Assembly: GCA_964558655.1 (NCBI GenBank)
Contig: CAZLEX010000005.1
Span: forward strand, 1-62,892
Length of the DNA stretch: 62,892 bases
Direction of reading: 5' to 3'
Origin: an uncultured Oscillospiraceae bacterium
GTDB lineage: Bacteria; Bacillota; Clostridia; Oscillospirales; SIG627
The position numbers and the translations under genes were made by a program. Below the pieces are notes generated by a model that was not told the DNA's origin, ran no database searches, and saw nothing but the letters and a program-made list of their open reading frames with translations. This document shows, in pieces, positions 21,566-31,700 of the stretch (within the stretch, counting starts at the first letter, position 1; each line of letters opens with the position of its first letter).

Positions 21566-23237
21566 CTGAAATCGACTCCTTTAATTTTGTCAATGCGATT
21601 TTCGTTTCAGCCGCCGTTTCTCCGAGAAGTGATGCAATCTCCTGCACTATACGCATCTGTTTGTCTACAACTTTATCAGCTACCTCAATTGTTTGCGATT
21701 TCATGCTTTCTCTTTTTGTCTTTTGAAGCTGTTCATCGGTTATATCTCTTATTACGCCGATGAGAAGGTGAGAATCTTTATCGAAAACGACTGTCTGCTC
21801 GACATACTTTTTGTATTCGGCAAGATAAACCGTCCTATTGCGAATATCCTTTCCGCTGTTCTTTACTTCCATAAAAGGTGTCGGATCAAGAATTCTTACA
21901 ACTTGATCTCCCAAAATATCCGAAGTTTGCCTTATATTCATTATTTGTTTGGCAGCTTCGTTTATTTGCTGTACTTCAAGATTTTCGTTAAGCACTATAA
22001 GACCGTTTGGAGTATTTTTTACTATGGCATCGGAAAAACTTTCGGCTTTATCCTTCAAAAACGGTAAGCACATTGATATTTCCGCTTTTCCCTGACAAAT
22101 TGCTATTGCTTTTTCACGGCAGGTATTATATCCGCACGAACCGCAATTCAGTTCGTCCGAAGGTTTAAATTTTCCCATTTGTCTGAGAACGGCTGAAATT
22201 TCAAGTTCGGACGGAACGGTTAAACGGTGCTCGATAAATTCAAATTGCTTCTTTAATTCCGAAATTTTCGGCTGCAAAACATCAAAATCTTTTTCTCCCG
22301 CATATTTTGTGACAGTAATATAATCTTTAACAGGTGCTGTACGGTGATACTTTTCCATAACCGGACCGCCTATACAGCTTCCCGTACAAGCAGACATTTC
22401 TATAAAACAATTATGTATTTTCCCGCTTTCTATATCGTGTAATGCGGCAATACAATTTTCAACTCCGTCGACGGAAATATAAGAATAGTTATCAGGCTTA
22501 TTGGTCATTGTTTTTAAGATTCCTCCCGATGTGGGAAAAAATCTTGCTCGACTCTCGCAAATTGTATCGGTTTCGCGTTTTAATTCAATATTCTCTGTTT
22601 TTAGCCAATTTGTGAGTTCCTCAAAGGTCAGTACGGCATCGACAGAGCCTTCATAATACTCTGCCTCGTCTTTCTTTGCAACGCACGGACCGATAAAAAC
22701 GGTTTTTGCATTACGGTATCTGTTCTTTATATCTTTGCAATGTGCCTGCATCGGAGAAATAACATCTGCAAGATTCTCAAGCAGAGACGGAAAATACTTT
22801 TGTATGAGCAAATTCACAGAATGACAGCAAGATGTAATAATAACATCTCTGCCGTCTTCGGCAAGAATCCTTTCATACTCGTTTTTTACCATTGTTGCTC
22901 CGATTGCCGTTTCTTCGACATCGTAAAATCCGAGTTTTAAAAGTGCCTCCCGCATTGCCACGATACCCACACCGTCATAATTCGCTATAAACGAAGGAGC
23001 AAGGCTTACTATAACGGGTTCCCCGCTCTGCAAAAGGACTTTTACTTTTTCCGTTTCGTCAACTATCTGCTTTGCGTTTTGAGGACAAACAACAAAACAC
23101 TGTCCGCACAAAATACATTCATTCCCGATTATGTGTGCCTGATTTCCGGAAAAACGAATTGCCTTAACGGGACAATGGCGAATACATTTATAACAGTTTT
23201 TACAATTTGATTTTTTCAAAGTCAAACAATTCGACAT
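21558..23237 (-). CDS. Sensory [FeFe] hydrogenase with FeS and PAS domains (HydS/HfsB, group C)
   Basis: N-terminal 2x[4Fe-4S], TSCCHS, GPCVAKKDE, EMSACTGSCIGGP, NCGSCGYNTC, PAS (TPNGLIVLN..INEAA). Confidence 0.9.
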   Translation of the reverse strand: MSNCLTLKKSNCKNCYKCIRHCPVKAIRFSGNQAHIIGNECILCGQCFVVCPQNAKQIVDETEKVKVLLQSGEPVIVSLAPSFIANYDGVGIVAMREALLKLGFYDVEETAIGATMVKNEYERILAEDGRDVIITSCCHSVNLLIQKYFPSLLENLADVISPMQAHCKDIKNRYRNAKTVFIGPCVAKKDEAEYYEGSVDAVLTFEELTNWLKTENIELKRETDTICESRARFFPTSGGILKTMTNKPDNYSYISVDGVENCIAALHDIESGKIHNCFIEMSACTGSCIGGPVMEKYHRTAPVKDYITVTKYAGEKDFDVLQPKISELKKQFEFIEHRLTVPSELEISAVLRQMGKFKPSDELNCGSCGYNTCREKAIAICQGKAEISMCLPFLKDKAESFSDAIVKNTPNGLIVLNENLEVQQINEAAKQIMNIRQTSDILGDQVVRILDPTPFMEVKNSGKDIRNRTVYLAEYKKYVEQTVVFDKDSHLLIGVIRDITDEQLQKTKRESMKSQTIEVADKVVDKQMRIVQEIASLLGETAAETKIALTKLKESISDE

Positions 23238-23242
23238 CTTTG

Positions 23243-23503
23243 TTATTTCCTTTCAGCGTTTATGACTTTAAGTACATTTTCATTGAAAAAATCCTTAAAA
23301 TTTTCACGCGTGACACCGACATATATTTCATCGTCAACTTGAACGGTCACACCGTTTCGGTTACATTTTCCGATACAGAAACTCCCCGCCAATGTAATTT
23401 CGCTGTCAAGTGAATTTTCTTTTACAGCTTTTGTCAAAAGTTCTACAATTTCCGGAGAACCTTTTAAGTGGCACGAACTTCCCACACATACCTGAATTAT
23501 CAT
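23243..23503 (-). CDS. Thioredoxin-like [2Fe-2S] ferredoxin (HfsA/NuoE-like)
   Basis: CVGSSCHLKG...FCIGKC. Confidence 0.88.
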   Translation of the reverse strand: MIIQVCVGSSCHLKGSPEIVELLTKAVKENSLDSEITLAGSFCIGKCNRNGVTVQVDDEIYVGVTRENFKDFFNENVLKVINAERK

Positions 23504-23748
23504 GTTAAATCAACCTTAGCAAGTATTTCTTTTTCAAAAAAAGTCTCTACATTATCGGGACTTACGGAATAAAAGGAATCGTCAACGCTCACGCAAACTC
23601 CCTGCTGACATTTGCCCATACAAAAGGTCCCTCCGAGTTCAATTCTATCTCCGAGTTTATGTTCCGAAATAAGATACTGTATCTGTTCAACTACCTGACG
23701 AGAACCTTTAATATGACATGAAGAACCAATGCAAACGGTTATTTTCAT
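23500..23748 (-). CDS. Thioredoxin-like [2Fe-2S] ferredoxin, second paralog
   Basis: CIGSSCHIKG...FCMGKC; start moved to 23748 behind GAGG. Confidence 0.88.
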   Translation of the reverse strand: MKITVCIGSSCHIKGSRQVVEQIQYLISEHKLGDRIELGGTFCMGKCQQGVCVSVDDSFYSVSPDNVETFFEKEILAKVDLT

Positions 23749-23813
23749 TTTTATACCTCTCGTATTTTCAGTTTTCCGACCGCCGTTTTCACGGCGGCCG
23801 TATTTATTTTCAA

Positions 23814-24569
23814 TTATTCGTAATCTACGACATCTACCCACGAAAGAAGGAATTCCCTTTCTTTTTCGTTGCCTTTAACCGATTGAGATGCGGCGACAAT
23901 CGGCATCCATTTTTGAACATACTGTTTTGCGGTGTCCGACTTTTCACAGAACAGCTCCAAATATTTATTCGCACCCTCAATATCTCCGTTAAGGCAGAAA
24001 AGCAAATATGTTCTTGCCGCATCGGCGGAAGCGTTTCCTTGCGTGACATGAGACCAATCCAGAATATAGGGTGTCCCGTCATCTGTGATGATTATATTTG
24101 AAGGGTTAAAATCACCATGACAAACTTTTGAATGTTTGGGCATGCCCTCAAGTCTTGTGTGAAGGTCGTATCTTGTTGTCGCATCGAGCGTGGTTTCCGA
24201 AATTTTCCTGTTCATTTTGTCTTTCAGCTTATTAAGCAAAGGACATTTTTTTGAATGAACTTCAAGCTGTATATCAACGAAAAGGTTAAGGTATTCAAGC
24301 TTTTTTTCTTTGTCGTCCGCTTCGTCAATGAGCTGTGCGAGAGTCTTGCCCTTAATGTATTCGGATATAATAGACCACTTTCCGTCTATCATGGTTACCT
24401 CAAGTATCTTCGGTATGTTGAGACCGATCTCTTCGATTCTCGCCTGATTAAGTGCCTCATTAAGTACATCGGCTTTCGAATATTCAACATTGAAAACTTT
24501 TATGCACTTATCGCCTTCACGGTAAACGGTTTTGTTGTTTCTTACTGCTATCACTCTGTCAAGTTTCAT
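23814..24569 (-). CDS. APH-fold phosphotransferase / putative protein kinase
   Basis: CHGDFNPSNI and ILDW kinase motifs. Confidence 0.85.
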   Translation of the reverse strand: MKLDRVIAVRNNKTVYREGDKCIKVFNVEYSKADVLNEALNQARIEEIGLNIPKILEVTMIDGKWSIISEYIKGKTLAQLIDEADDKEKKLEYLNLFVDIQLEVHSKKCPLLNKLKDKMNRKISETTLDATTRYDLHTRLEGMPKHSKVCHGDFNPSNIIITDDGTPYILDWSHVTQGNASADAARTYLLFCLNGDIEGANKYLELFCEKSDTAKQYVQKWMPIVAASQSVKGNEKEREFLLSWVDVVDYE

Positions 24570-24588
24570 ACTGTTATCCCTCCTTTAT

Positions 24589-27285
24589 TTACGCTTTTTT
24601 ACCTTTACGGTAAACTGTTTTAATTGCATCGGGTTCTACCACATTTATATCTTTGCAGGGCATATCCGTCTCGGAAAAATGTCTTCCGTAAAAAGAATTG
24701 ATATACATTTGCTTAATTTCGCTCATGAGCGGATATCTCGGATTTGCACCTGTGCACTGGTCATCAAAAGCCTGTTCGGTCATATCGTCAAGCCGTTTCA
24801 TAAAATCGTTTTCATCAATTCCGTAATCGGCAATTGTGGGTTTTATACCGACGCGAGCTTTAAGATCGTTTATTAATTTGATAAGCCCTTCCAGCTTTTC
24901 AACATCACTGTCGGCTTTAACTCCGAGATAATCGGCTATTTCGGCATAGCGTGCCAAAGTGTGCGGATGGTCGTACTGTGAAAAAGTACCCATTTTTGCC
25001 GGAGCTTCCGACGCATTAAATCTCAAAACTTCTTCAATCATCAATGCGTTTGCAACACCGTGAGGAAGGTGATGAAAAGCGCCGAGCTTGTGTGCCATGG
25101 AATGACATACTCCGAGAAAAGCATTGGCAAAGGCCATACCTGCCATAGTTGCGGCATTGGCCATTTTCTCACGGGCTTCAACATCTTCGTTTCCGTTGTC
25201 ATAAGCTCTCGGCAAATATTGGAATATCATTTTCAAAGAACGAAGAGCGAGACCGTCCGTATAATCCGTCGCAAGCATAGACGCATATGCTTCCAACGCA
25301 TGAGTTACGGCATCAATTCCGGAAGCTGCTGTAAGTCCTTTGGGAGCCGACATATGAAAATCGGCATCTATAATTGCCATATCGGGAAGCAACTCATAAT
25401 CGGCAAGGGGATATTTTACACCTGTCTTTTCGTCGGTTATAACGGCAAAAGGAGTAACCTCCGAACCGGTACCCGCAGAAGTCGGTATTGCGATAAAGTA
25501 CGCCTTCTCTCCCATTTTCGGGAATGTATACACTCTCTTACGGATATCGATAAATCTCATGGCCATATCCATAAAATCGACCTCCGGGTGTTCGTACAAT
25601 ACCCACATAATTTTGGCAGCATCCATTGCCGAGCCTCCGCCCAAAGCAATTATCGTATCAGGTTCAAACGCTCTCATCTGTACCGCACCTTCTGTTGCAT
25701 TTGCAAGTGTCGGATCCGGCTGAACATTGAAAAATGTTGTATGTGCAATTCCCATTTCATCGAGTTTATCCGTTATAGGTTTCGTATAACCGTTCTGATA
25801 GAGGAAAGTATCGGTTACCAAAAATGCCTTTTTAGCTCCTCTTACACTCTTTAATTCGTCAAGGGCAACAGGCAGGCACCCTTTCTTTATATAAATTTTT
25901 TCAGGTGCTCTGAACCAAAGCATATTTTCTCTCCTCTCTGCCACTGTTTTTATGTTTATAAGATGTTTTACACCGACATTTTCCGATACGCTGTTACCTC
26001 CCCACGAACCGCATCCCAAAGTGAGAGAGGGAGCAAGTTTAAAATTATAAAGATCGCCTATTCCGCCGTGAGAAGAAGGAGTATTAACTAAAATACGGCA
26101 GGTTTTCATTCTGGCTGCAAATGCCGAAATTTTATCTTTCTGTGTAATTTCGTCCAAATATATTGATGATGTATGTCCGTAACCTCCGTCGGCAACAAGT
26201 CTTTCTGCTTTATCGAGAGCGTCATCAAAATTCTTCGCTTTATACATAGCAAGGACGGGAGAAAGTTTTTCATGAGCAAATTCCTCTGACAGCTCAACAC
26301 TTTCAACTTCTCCTATAAGAATTTTTGTGCCAGACGGAACTTTGACTCCGGAAAGTTCGGCGATTTTAGAAGCTTTTTGACCTACGATTTTCGCATTCAA
26401 TGCACCGTTGATAATAATGGTCTTGCGAACTTTTTCCGTTTCCATGAGATTTAAGAAATAACAGCCTCTTGCAGCAAATTCCGATTTTACGGCATTGTAT
26501 ATGCTTTCAAGAACTATAACCGACTGTTCCGAAGCGCAAATCATACCGTTGTCAAAAGTTTTTGAATGAATAATCGAATTGACGCTTTTAAGAATATCTG
26601 CACTGTCATCTATTATGGCAGGAGTATTTCCCGCACCTACGCCGAGAGCAGGCTTTCCGCTCGAATATGCCGCTTTTACCATACCGGGTCCTCCGGTTGC
26701 GAGTATGATATCCGCCTCTTTCATAACGGTATTTGTCATTTCAAGAGAGGGAACATCAATCCAATCGATTATTCCTTCGGGTGCTCCCGCCGCTACAGCA
26801 GCCTCAAGTATCAGCTTTGCCGCCGCTATTGTAGATTTTTTTGCTCTTGGGTGAGGACTGATAATTATCGCATTACGGGTTTTTAATGCAAGAAGACATT
26901 TGAAAATTGCGGTTGATGTGGGATTTGTCGTCGGAATTACAGCTGCAATGACACCGCACGGTTCGGCTATTTTCTTTATTCCGTAGGCGGTATCCTCTTC
27001 TATGACTCCGCAAGTCTTTGTATTTTTGTATGCATTGTAAATGTATTCTGCGGCATAATGGTTCTTTATTACTTTATCTTCAACGATACCCATTCCAGTT
27101 TCTTCTACCGCAAGCTTTGCCAAAGTAATCCGTGCCTTATCTGCGGCAGATGCGGCGGCGAGAAAAATCTTATCTACCTGTTCCTGTGTGTAAACGGCAA
27201 ACTTTCTCTGTGCCTGTCTGATTCTTTCAAGTGCCTCATCGAGCTTTTCGACACTATCTACAATTTCATAATTTTTTGCTTTCAT
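24589..27285 (-). CDS. adhE: Bifunctional acetaldehyde-CoA/alcohol dehydrogenase
   Basis: ALDH (PTTNPTST, GMICASEQ, EKLSP) fused to Fe-ADH (GGGSAMD, HSMAHKLG); 898 aa. Confidence 0.97.
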   Translation of the reverse strand: MKAKNYEIVDSVEKLDEALERIRQAQRKFAVYTQEQVDKIFLAAASAADKARITLAKLAVEETGMGIVEDKVIKNHYAAEYIYNAYKNTKTCGVIEEDTAYGIKKIAEPCGVIAAVIPTTNPTSTAIFKCLLALKTRNAIIISPHPRAKKSTIAAAKLILEAAVAAGAPEGIIDWIDVPSLEMTNTVMKEADIILATGGPGMVKAAYSSGKPALGVGAGNTPAIIDDSADILKSVNSIIHSKTFDNGMICASEQSVIVLESIYNAVKSEFAARGCYFLNLMETEKVRKTIIINGALNAKIVGQKASKIAELSGVKVPSGTKILIGEVESVELSEEFAHEKLSPVLAMYKAKNFDDALDKAERLVADGGYGHTSSIYLDEITQKDKISAFAARMKTCRILVNTPSSHGGIGDLYNFKLAPSLTLGCGSWGGNSVSENVGVKHLINIKTVAERRENMLWFRAPEKIYIKKGCLPVALDELKSVRGAKKAFLVTDTFLYQNGYTKPITDKLDEMGIAHTTFFNVQPDPTLANATEGAVQMRAFEPDTIIALGGGSAMDAAKIMWVLYEHPEVDFMDMAMRFIDIRKRVYTFPKMGEKAYFIAIPTSAGTGSEVTPFAVITDEKTGVKYPLADYELLPDMAIIDADFHMSAPKGLTAASGIDAVTHALEAYASMLATDYTDGLALRSLKMIFQYLPRAYDNGNEDVEAREKMANAATMAGMAFANAFLGVCHSMAHKLGAFHHLPHGVANALMIEEVLRFNASEAPAKMGTFSQYDHPHTLARYAEIADYLGVKADSDVEKLEGLIKLINDLKARVGIKPTIADYGIDENDFMKRLDDMTEQAFDDQCTGANPRYPLMSEIKQMYINSFYGRHFSETDMPCKDINVVEPDAIKTVYRKGKKA

Positions 27286-27300
27286 ATTCTGTATATCCTC

Positions 27301-27924
27301 CTAAATTTTATTACACAACTGATTGTTAAGATATGCAAGGGATAATGCTAAATTTTCCTGCTTTAATAATACATTGTCCGGTACATTTAATTTACACGGT
27401 GCAAAATTCCATATTGCCGTTATTCCGCTTTTTATCATTTGATCACACACTTCCTGTGCCGAGCCCTTTCCAACCGTTATGATGCCCAGCTTAACATTAT
27501 GACGGCCGCAGTAACCGTTAAAAGTGCAAAAAGGAAGTACCTCTTTGGAAGATTTGCTTTGGCTCAACACCTTATCGTTATTGTCAAACGCCGCAATTAT
27601 TTTTACACCGAATTCTTCAAATCCGTCATATTCCAAGAGTGCCCTGCCCAATTTTCCCGCACCGACCAAAACCGCCGGTGTGTAAGAATTGTATCCGAGA
27701 CTTTTCTCAAGGATACCGATTAAATCGTTCACTATATACCCGATTTTAGGTTTTCCCGCACCGCTTACATACGACAAATCTTTACGAACCTGTACTTCTC
27801 CCAGTGAAAGAGCTTTTGCTATTGCCGTTGCCGAAATGGTGTTCTGCCCCGTCAATCCTTTTAGGTAATCCAAGTATTGAGGAAGCCTTCCGAGCGTTGC
27901 TTTGGAAATAAAAGTTCCGTTCAT
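27301..27924 (-). CDS. rex: Redox-sensing transcriptional repressor Rex
   Basis: RLPQY, QVRKDLS, GY, VGAGKLG, IWNFAP. Confidence 0.92.
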   Translation of the reverse strand: MNGTFISKATLGRLPQYLDYLKGLTGQNTISATAIAKALSLGEVQVRKDLSYVSGAGKPKIGYIVNDLIGILEKSLGYNSYTPAVLVGAGKLGRALLEYDGFEEFGVKIIAAFDNNDKVLSQSKSSKEVLPFCTFNGYCGRHNVKLGIITVGKGSAQEVCDQMIKSGITAIWNFAPCKLNVPDNVLLKQENLALSLAYLNNQLCNKI

Positions 27925-27952
27925 ATTTATCCTCCTTGTTCACTACAATAAG

Positions 27953-28020
27953 ATTTTATCATATTTCTTACTATTTGTGAATAATCAAATTGATATATCG
28001 GTATTATGTTTATCGATATA
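27953..28020 (-). promoter_or_regulatory. rex-adhE-hyd operon promoter with upstream shared regulator site
   Basis: TTCACA-17-TAAAAT (extended TG); 27979-28020 is 34/42 identical to 31727-31768. Confidence 0.7.
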
Positions 28021-28095
28021 TCGTATAACGATATATTTCAAAAAAATACGGCGTAACACATTTTCGAGTTACACCGCATATGATATTTTTTATTT

Positions 28096-29508
28096 TTATT
28101 TTGCCGTTAAAGCTTCGTCAATCGCTTTTGCCGCAGTTTTTCCGGCACCCATTGCCGATATTACGGTAGCTGCACCTGTCACCGCATCGCCTCCCGCATA
28201 TACGGAATTTCTGGAGGTAAGTCCGTCCTCGTTCACGACAATTCCTCCCCGACGGTTAACCTCAAGTCCGGAAGTCGTAGACTTTATCAACGGATTCGGA
28301 GATGTACCTATGGACATTACCACTGTATCAACTTCAATCTCAAATTCGCTGCCCGGAATTTCAACGGGACGGCACCGTCCGTTTTCATCAGGTTCGCCCA
28401 ACTCCATTCTCATACATTTGATTCCGGTCACAAAGCCGTTTTTGGCGTCCTTCGGATTATCGGGATTACTGTAACCCAATATTTCCACAGGATTACACAA
28501 AAGACAAAACTCTATCCCCTCTTCTTCTGCGTGCTCAACTTCTTCACGCCGTGCAGGTAATTCCTGCATGGAACGGCGGTATACGATATAAACTTTTTGT
28601 GCACCGAGTCTGAGCGCAGTTCTTGCGGCATCCATTGCAACATTGCCGCCGCCGACAACAGCGACCTTTCCGCCTTTCATTATCGGAGTCTCCGGATTTT
28701 CGAGATACGACTTCATCAAATTGCTTCTCGTCAAAAATTCATTTGCCGAATACACTCCGCATAACGTCTCACCCGGTATGCCCATAAAATTGGGAAGTCC
28801 GGCACCGGAGCCTATGAATACAGCCTCATATCCCATCTCAAACAGTTCGTCAACCGTCAAAGTTTTTCCTATAACAACATTGGTTTCGATTTTTACGCCG
28901 AGTTTCTTTAATGTTTCCACTTCTTTGGCGACAATCGCTTTCGGCAAACGGAATTCCGGAATTCCGTAAACAAGTACTCCTCCGGCGGTGTGAAGTGCCT
29001 CATAAACGGTTACCTGATATCCTTTTTTCGCAAGATCTCCTGCACAGGTAAGCCCTGACGGTCCGGAACCTATAACAGCAACTCTGTGACCGTTATTTTC
29101 GGGAAGAACAGGTTCTTCCGTACAAAAAGTATTGTGCCAATCGGCAACAAAGCGTTCAAGCCTGCCTATCCCGACCGACTCGCCTTTTATACCTCTGATG
29201 CATTTTTCTTCGCACTGTGTCTCCTGAGGACAAACCCTTCCGCATACAGCCGGAAGTGAGGATGATTTTGATATTATTTGATATGCCCCTTCAAAATCAC
29301 CTTCTTTTATCTTTGCGATAAATTCCGGAATATGTATTTTTACGGGACAACCTTCCACACACGGCATATTTTTGCAATTCAAGCAACGGTTTGCCTCGTT
29401 TATAGCGGTTTCTTCCGAATAACCGAGTGCAACTTCATCAAAATTATGAGCACGCACCGATGCGTCTTGCGTCGGCATTGGATTGCGGGTAAGTGACATA
29501 TTTGCCAT
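28096..29508 (-). CDS. nfnB: NfnB/SudA large subunit (GltD-like) of electron-bifurcating transhydrogenase
   Basis: RCLNC..C..GCP, CGRVCPQETQCE, GSGPSG, GGGNVAMD, AGGDAVTG; paired with NfnA, no gltB nearby. Confidence 0.88.
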   Translation of the reverse strand: MANMSLTRNPMPTQDASVRAHNFDEVALGYSEETAINEANRCLNCKNMPCVEGCPVKIHIPEFIAKIKEGDFEGAYQIISKSSSLPAVCGRVCPQETQCEEKCIRGIKGESVGIGRLERFVADWHNTFCTEEPVLPENNGHRVAVIGSGPSGLTCAGDLAKKGYQVTVYEALHTAGGVLVYGIPEFRLPKAIVAKEVETLKKLGVKIETNVVIGKTLTVDELFEMGYEAVFIGSGAGLPNFMGIPGETLCGVYSANEFLTRSNLMKSYLENPETPIMKGGKVAVVGGGNVAMDAARTALRLGAQKVYIVYRRSMQELPARREEVEHAEEEGIEFCLLCNPVEILGYSNPDNPKDAKNGFVTGIKCMRMELGEPDENGRCRPVEIPGSEFEIEVDTVVMSIGTSPNPLIKSTTSGLEVNRRGGIVVNEDGLTSRNSVYAGGDAVTGAATVISAMGAGKTAAKAIDEALTAK

Positions 29509-29510
29509 TT

Positions 29511-30365
29511 TCACTTAACCTCCTTATTGAATAAATTGCAGGTTTCTTCGTATGCATGACGCTCAAACGAAGAATACATACGCCCTCTTGACATTGCTTC
29601 ATCGAAATCGACTTCATATCCGTTAAAATCAGGCCCGTCAACACAGGCAAATTTCGTAACTTTCCGTCCGTCAACATTGAGAGTGAGACGGCAGCCTCCG
29701 CACATTCCGGTACCGTCAATCATAATCGGATTCATAGACACGGTAACGGGAATTGAAAAAGGCTTGGCAGTCTCAACAACATATTTCATCATAATAAGCG
29801 GACCTATCGTGATAATCATATCGAATTTCACACCGTCTTCGAGCATTTTTTTCAGCGGAAGTGTAACATTACCCTTTTCCCCGTAAGAACCGTCATCGGT
29901 CATTATGTGCAAAGTGTCCGAACACGATTTAAATTCATCTTCGAGTATAAGCAAACTTTTATTCCTGAATCCTATGATACTCGTAACCGAAGCTCCGCTC
30001 TCGGAAAGTGCCTGTGCTATAGGCATTGCTATGGCACAGCCTACCCCACCGCCGACTATACAAACATTTTTAAGCCCGTCAATGTGAGTGGCAACCCCGA
30101 GAGGTCCCACAAAGTCGTGCAAAAAATCGCCCTGTTCTTTATGACTTAATTTTTCTGTCGTCGCTCCGACAATCTGATATATTATTTTTACCGTACCCTT
30201 TTCCTTATCAACACCCGCAACCGTAAGAGGTATGCGTTCTCCGTTTTCATCAACACGGAGTATGATAAACTGTCCGGGTTTTGCTTTACGGGCAACAAGA
30301 GGTGCTTCAACCTGAAGTTGAATGACTGTTGAGTTCAATACTTTTTTTTCAGCTATTCTGTACAT
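29511..30365 (-). CDS. nfnA: NfnA/SudB small subunit (FAD/NAD, 2Fe-2S)
   Basis: PGQFIILR, GERIPLT, GGGVG, MIDGTGMCGGCR, CVDGPDF; start moved to 30365. Confidence 0.88.
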   Translation of the reverse strand: MYRIAEKKVLNSTVIQLQVEAPLVARKAKPGQFIILRVDENGERIPLTVAGVDKEKGTVKIIYQIVGATTEKLSHKEQGDFLHDFVGPLGVATHIDGLKNVCIVGGGVGCAIAMPIAQALSESGASVTSIIGFRNKSLLILEDEFKSCSDTLHIMTDDGSYGEKGNVTLPLKKMLEDGVKFDMIITIGPLIMMKYVVETAKPFSIPVTVSMNPIMIDGTGMCGGCRLTLNVDGRKVTKFACVDGPDFNGYEVDFDEAMSRGRMYSSFERHAYEETCNLFNKEVK

Positions 30366-30444
30366 TTTTATTCTCCGTTTTGCAAAGTGACGGCTACCGC
30401 GACCGGCAACCGCCACCTTTGATATTTATACGGTATATCCGTTA

Positions 30445-31662
30445 TCAGAAATCAACTTCGGTGTCGTAATAGCAACATTTAAGAAGTTTTTCCATTTCCT
30501 CAACCGAAATCTTTCTGGGATTGGAACCGGTGCAAGCATCGGCAACCGCATTCTTGGCAATCTCGGGAAGTCTTTCGAGGAAGATATTTTCCGGAACAAA
30601 TCCGTTTTCAGTGGGAAGTGCATCAAGTCCGTAATTTTTAATACATTGCGGAATATTGAGTGCATCGTTCATTCCTCTCAGATAAGCAATGAGTTTTTCG
30701 ACCTTTTCGTCATCGTTTGCTCCTCCAAGTCCCATATAATCGGCAATTACACCGTAACGCTTCTTTGCCGTTTCGTCTTTTGCGTTAAATGCAATGACTT
30801 TGGGAAGATACATAGCATTTGCGGCACCGTGAATTATATGAGCACCGAGGTCCTCAAATACAGCACCTGTCTTATGTGCCATTGAGTGAACAATTCCGAG
30901 AAGAGCGTTTGAAAATGCCATTCCGGCAAGACACTGTGCGTTATGCATGGAGGCACGCTTATCCATATTGCCGTTGTAAGAATCCACAAGTCCTTCCTGT
31001 ATCATCTTTATTGCGAAAATTGCAAGAGGATCAGTGAAATCGCAATTAGCTGTCGAAACATAAGCTTCTATGGCGTGCGTCATAGCGTCCATACCCGTAT
31101 GTGCGGTAAGTTTCTTAGGCATTGTTTCAGCCAAATCGGGATCAACAATGGCAACATCGGGAGTTATCTCAAAATCTGCCAGAGGGTACTTAATACCTTT
31201 CTTATAATCGGTAATTACCGAAAAAGCCGTAACTTCCGTAGCCGTACCCGATGTTGACGGAATTGCACAGAAGCGTGCTTTCTTTCTGAGTTCGGGAATA
31301 CCGAAAACCACACACATTTGCTCAAATGTAATTTCCGGATGTTCATATTTAATCCACATAGCTTTTGCGGCATCAATGGGAGAACCTCCTCCGATTGCAA
31401 CAATCCAATCGGGCTGAAATTCAGTCATCGCTTCGGCACCTTTCATAACGGTGTCAACTGAGGGATCGGGTTCAATTCCTTCGAAAAGCTTAACTTCCAT
31501 GCCTGCTTCTTTAAGATAATCAACTACTCTGTCAAGAAATCCGAAGCGTTTCATGGAACCGCCTCCCACACAAACCATTGCACGAGTTCCCTTGAGATTT
31601 TTAAGTGCTTCAAGTGCTCCTTTTCCATGATAAAGGTCGCGGGGTAATGTAAATCTTGCCAT
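30445..31662 (-). CDS. Iron-containing, probably NADPH-dependent alcohol/butanol dehydrogenase (AdhA-like)
   Basis: MARFTLPRDLYHG, GGGSPIDAAK, DAMTHAIE, HSMAHK. Confidence 0.92.
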   Translation of the reverse strand: MARFTLPRDLYHGKGALEALKNLKGTRAMVCVGGGSMKRFGFLDRVVDYLKEAGMEVKLFEGIEPDPSVDTVMKGAEAMTEFQPDWIVAIGGGSPIDAAKAMWIKYEHPEITFEQMCVVFGIPELRKKARFCAIPSTSGTATEVTAFSVITDYKKGIKYPLADFEITPDVAIVDPDLAETMPKKLTAHTGMDAMTHAIEAYVSTANCDFTDPLAIFAIKMIQEGLVDSYNGNMDKRASMHNAQCLAGMAFSNALLGIVHSMAHKTGAVFEDLGAHIIHGAANAMYLPKVIAFNAKDETAKKRYGVIADYMGLGGANDDEKVEKLIAYLRGMNDALNIPQCIKNYGLDALPTENGFVPENIFLERLPEIAKNAVADACTGSNPRKISVEEMEKLLKCCYYDTEVDF

Positions 31663-31700
31663 TTTTTTATCTCCTTGCTTTGTTTTTTTATTATGGCAAA

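Noticed and set aside
25060-25854. 264-aa plus-strand ORF
   Set aside because: Antisense shadow of adhE.
27937-27991. Rex operator upstream of rex
   Set aside because: Only half-sites (TTGTGAA, TTGTTCA) are present; no full TTGTGAA-N4-TTCACAA-type palindrome.
28096-29508. Glutamate synthase small subunit
   Set aside because: No large subunit gene; the partner is NfnA-like and the context is adhA, so NfnB fits better.
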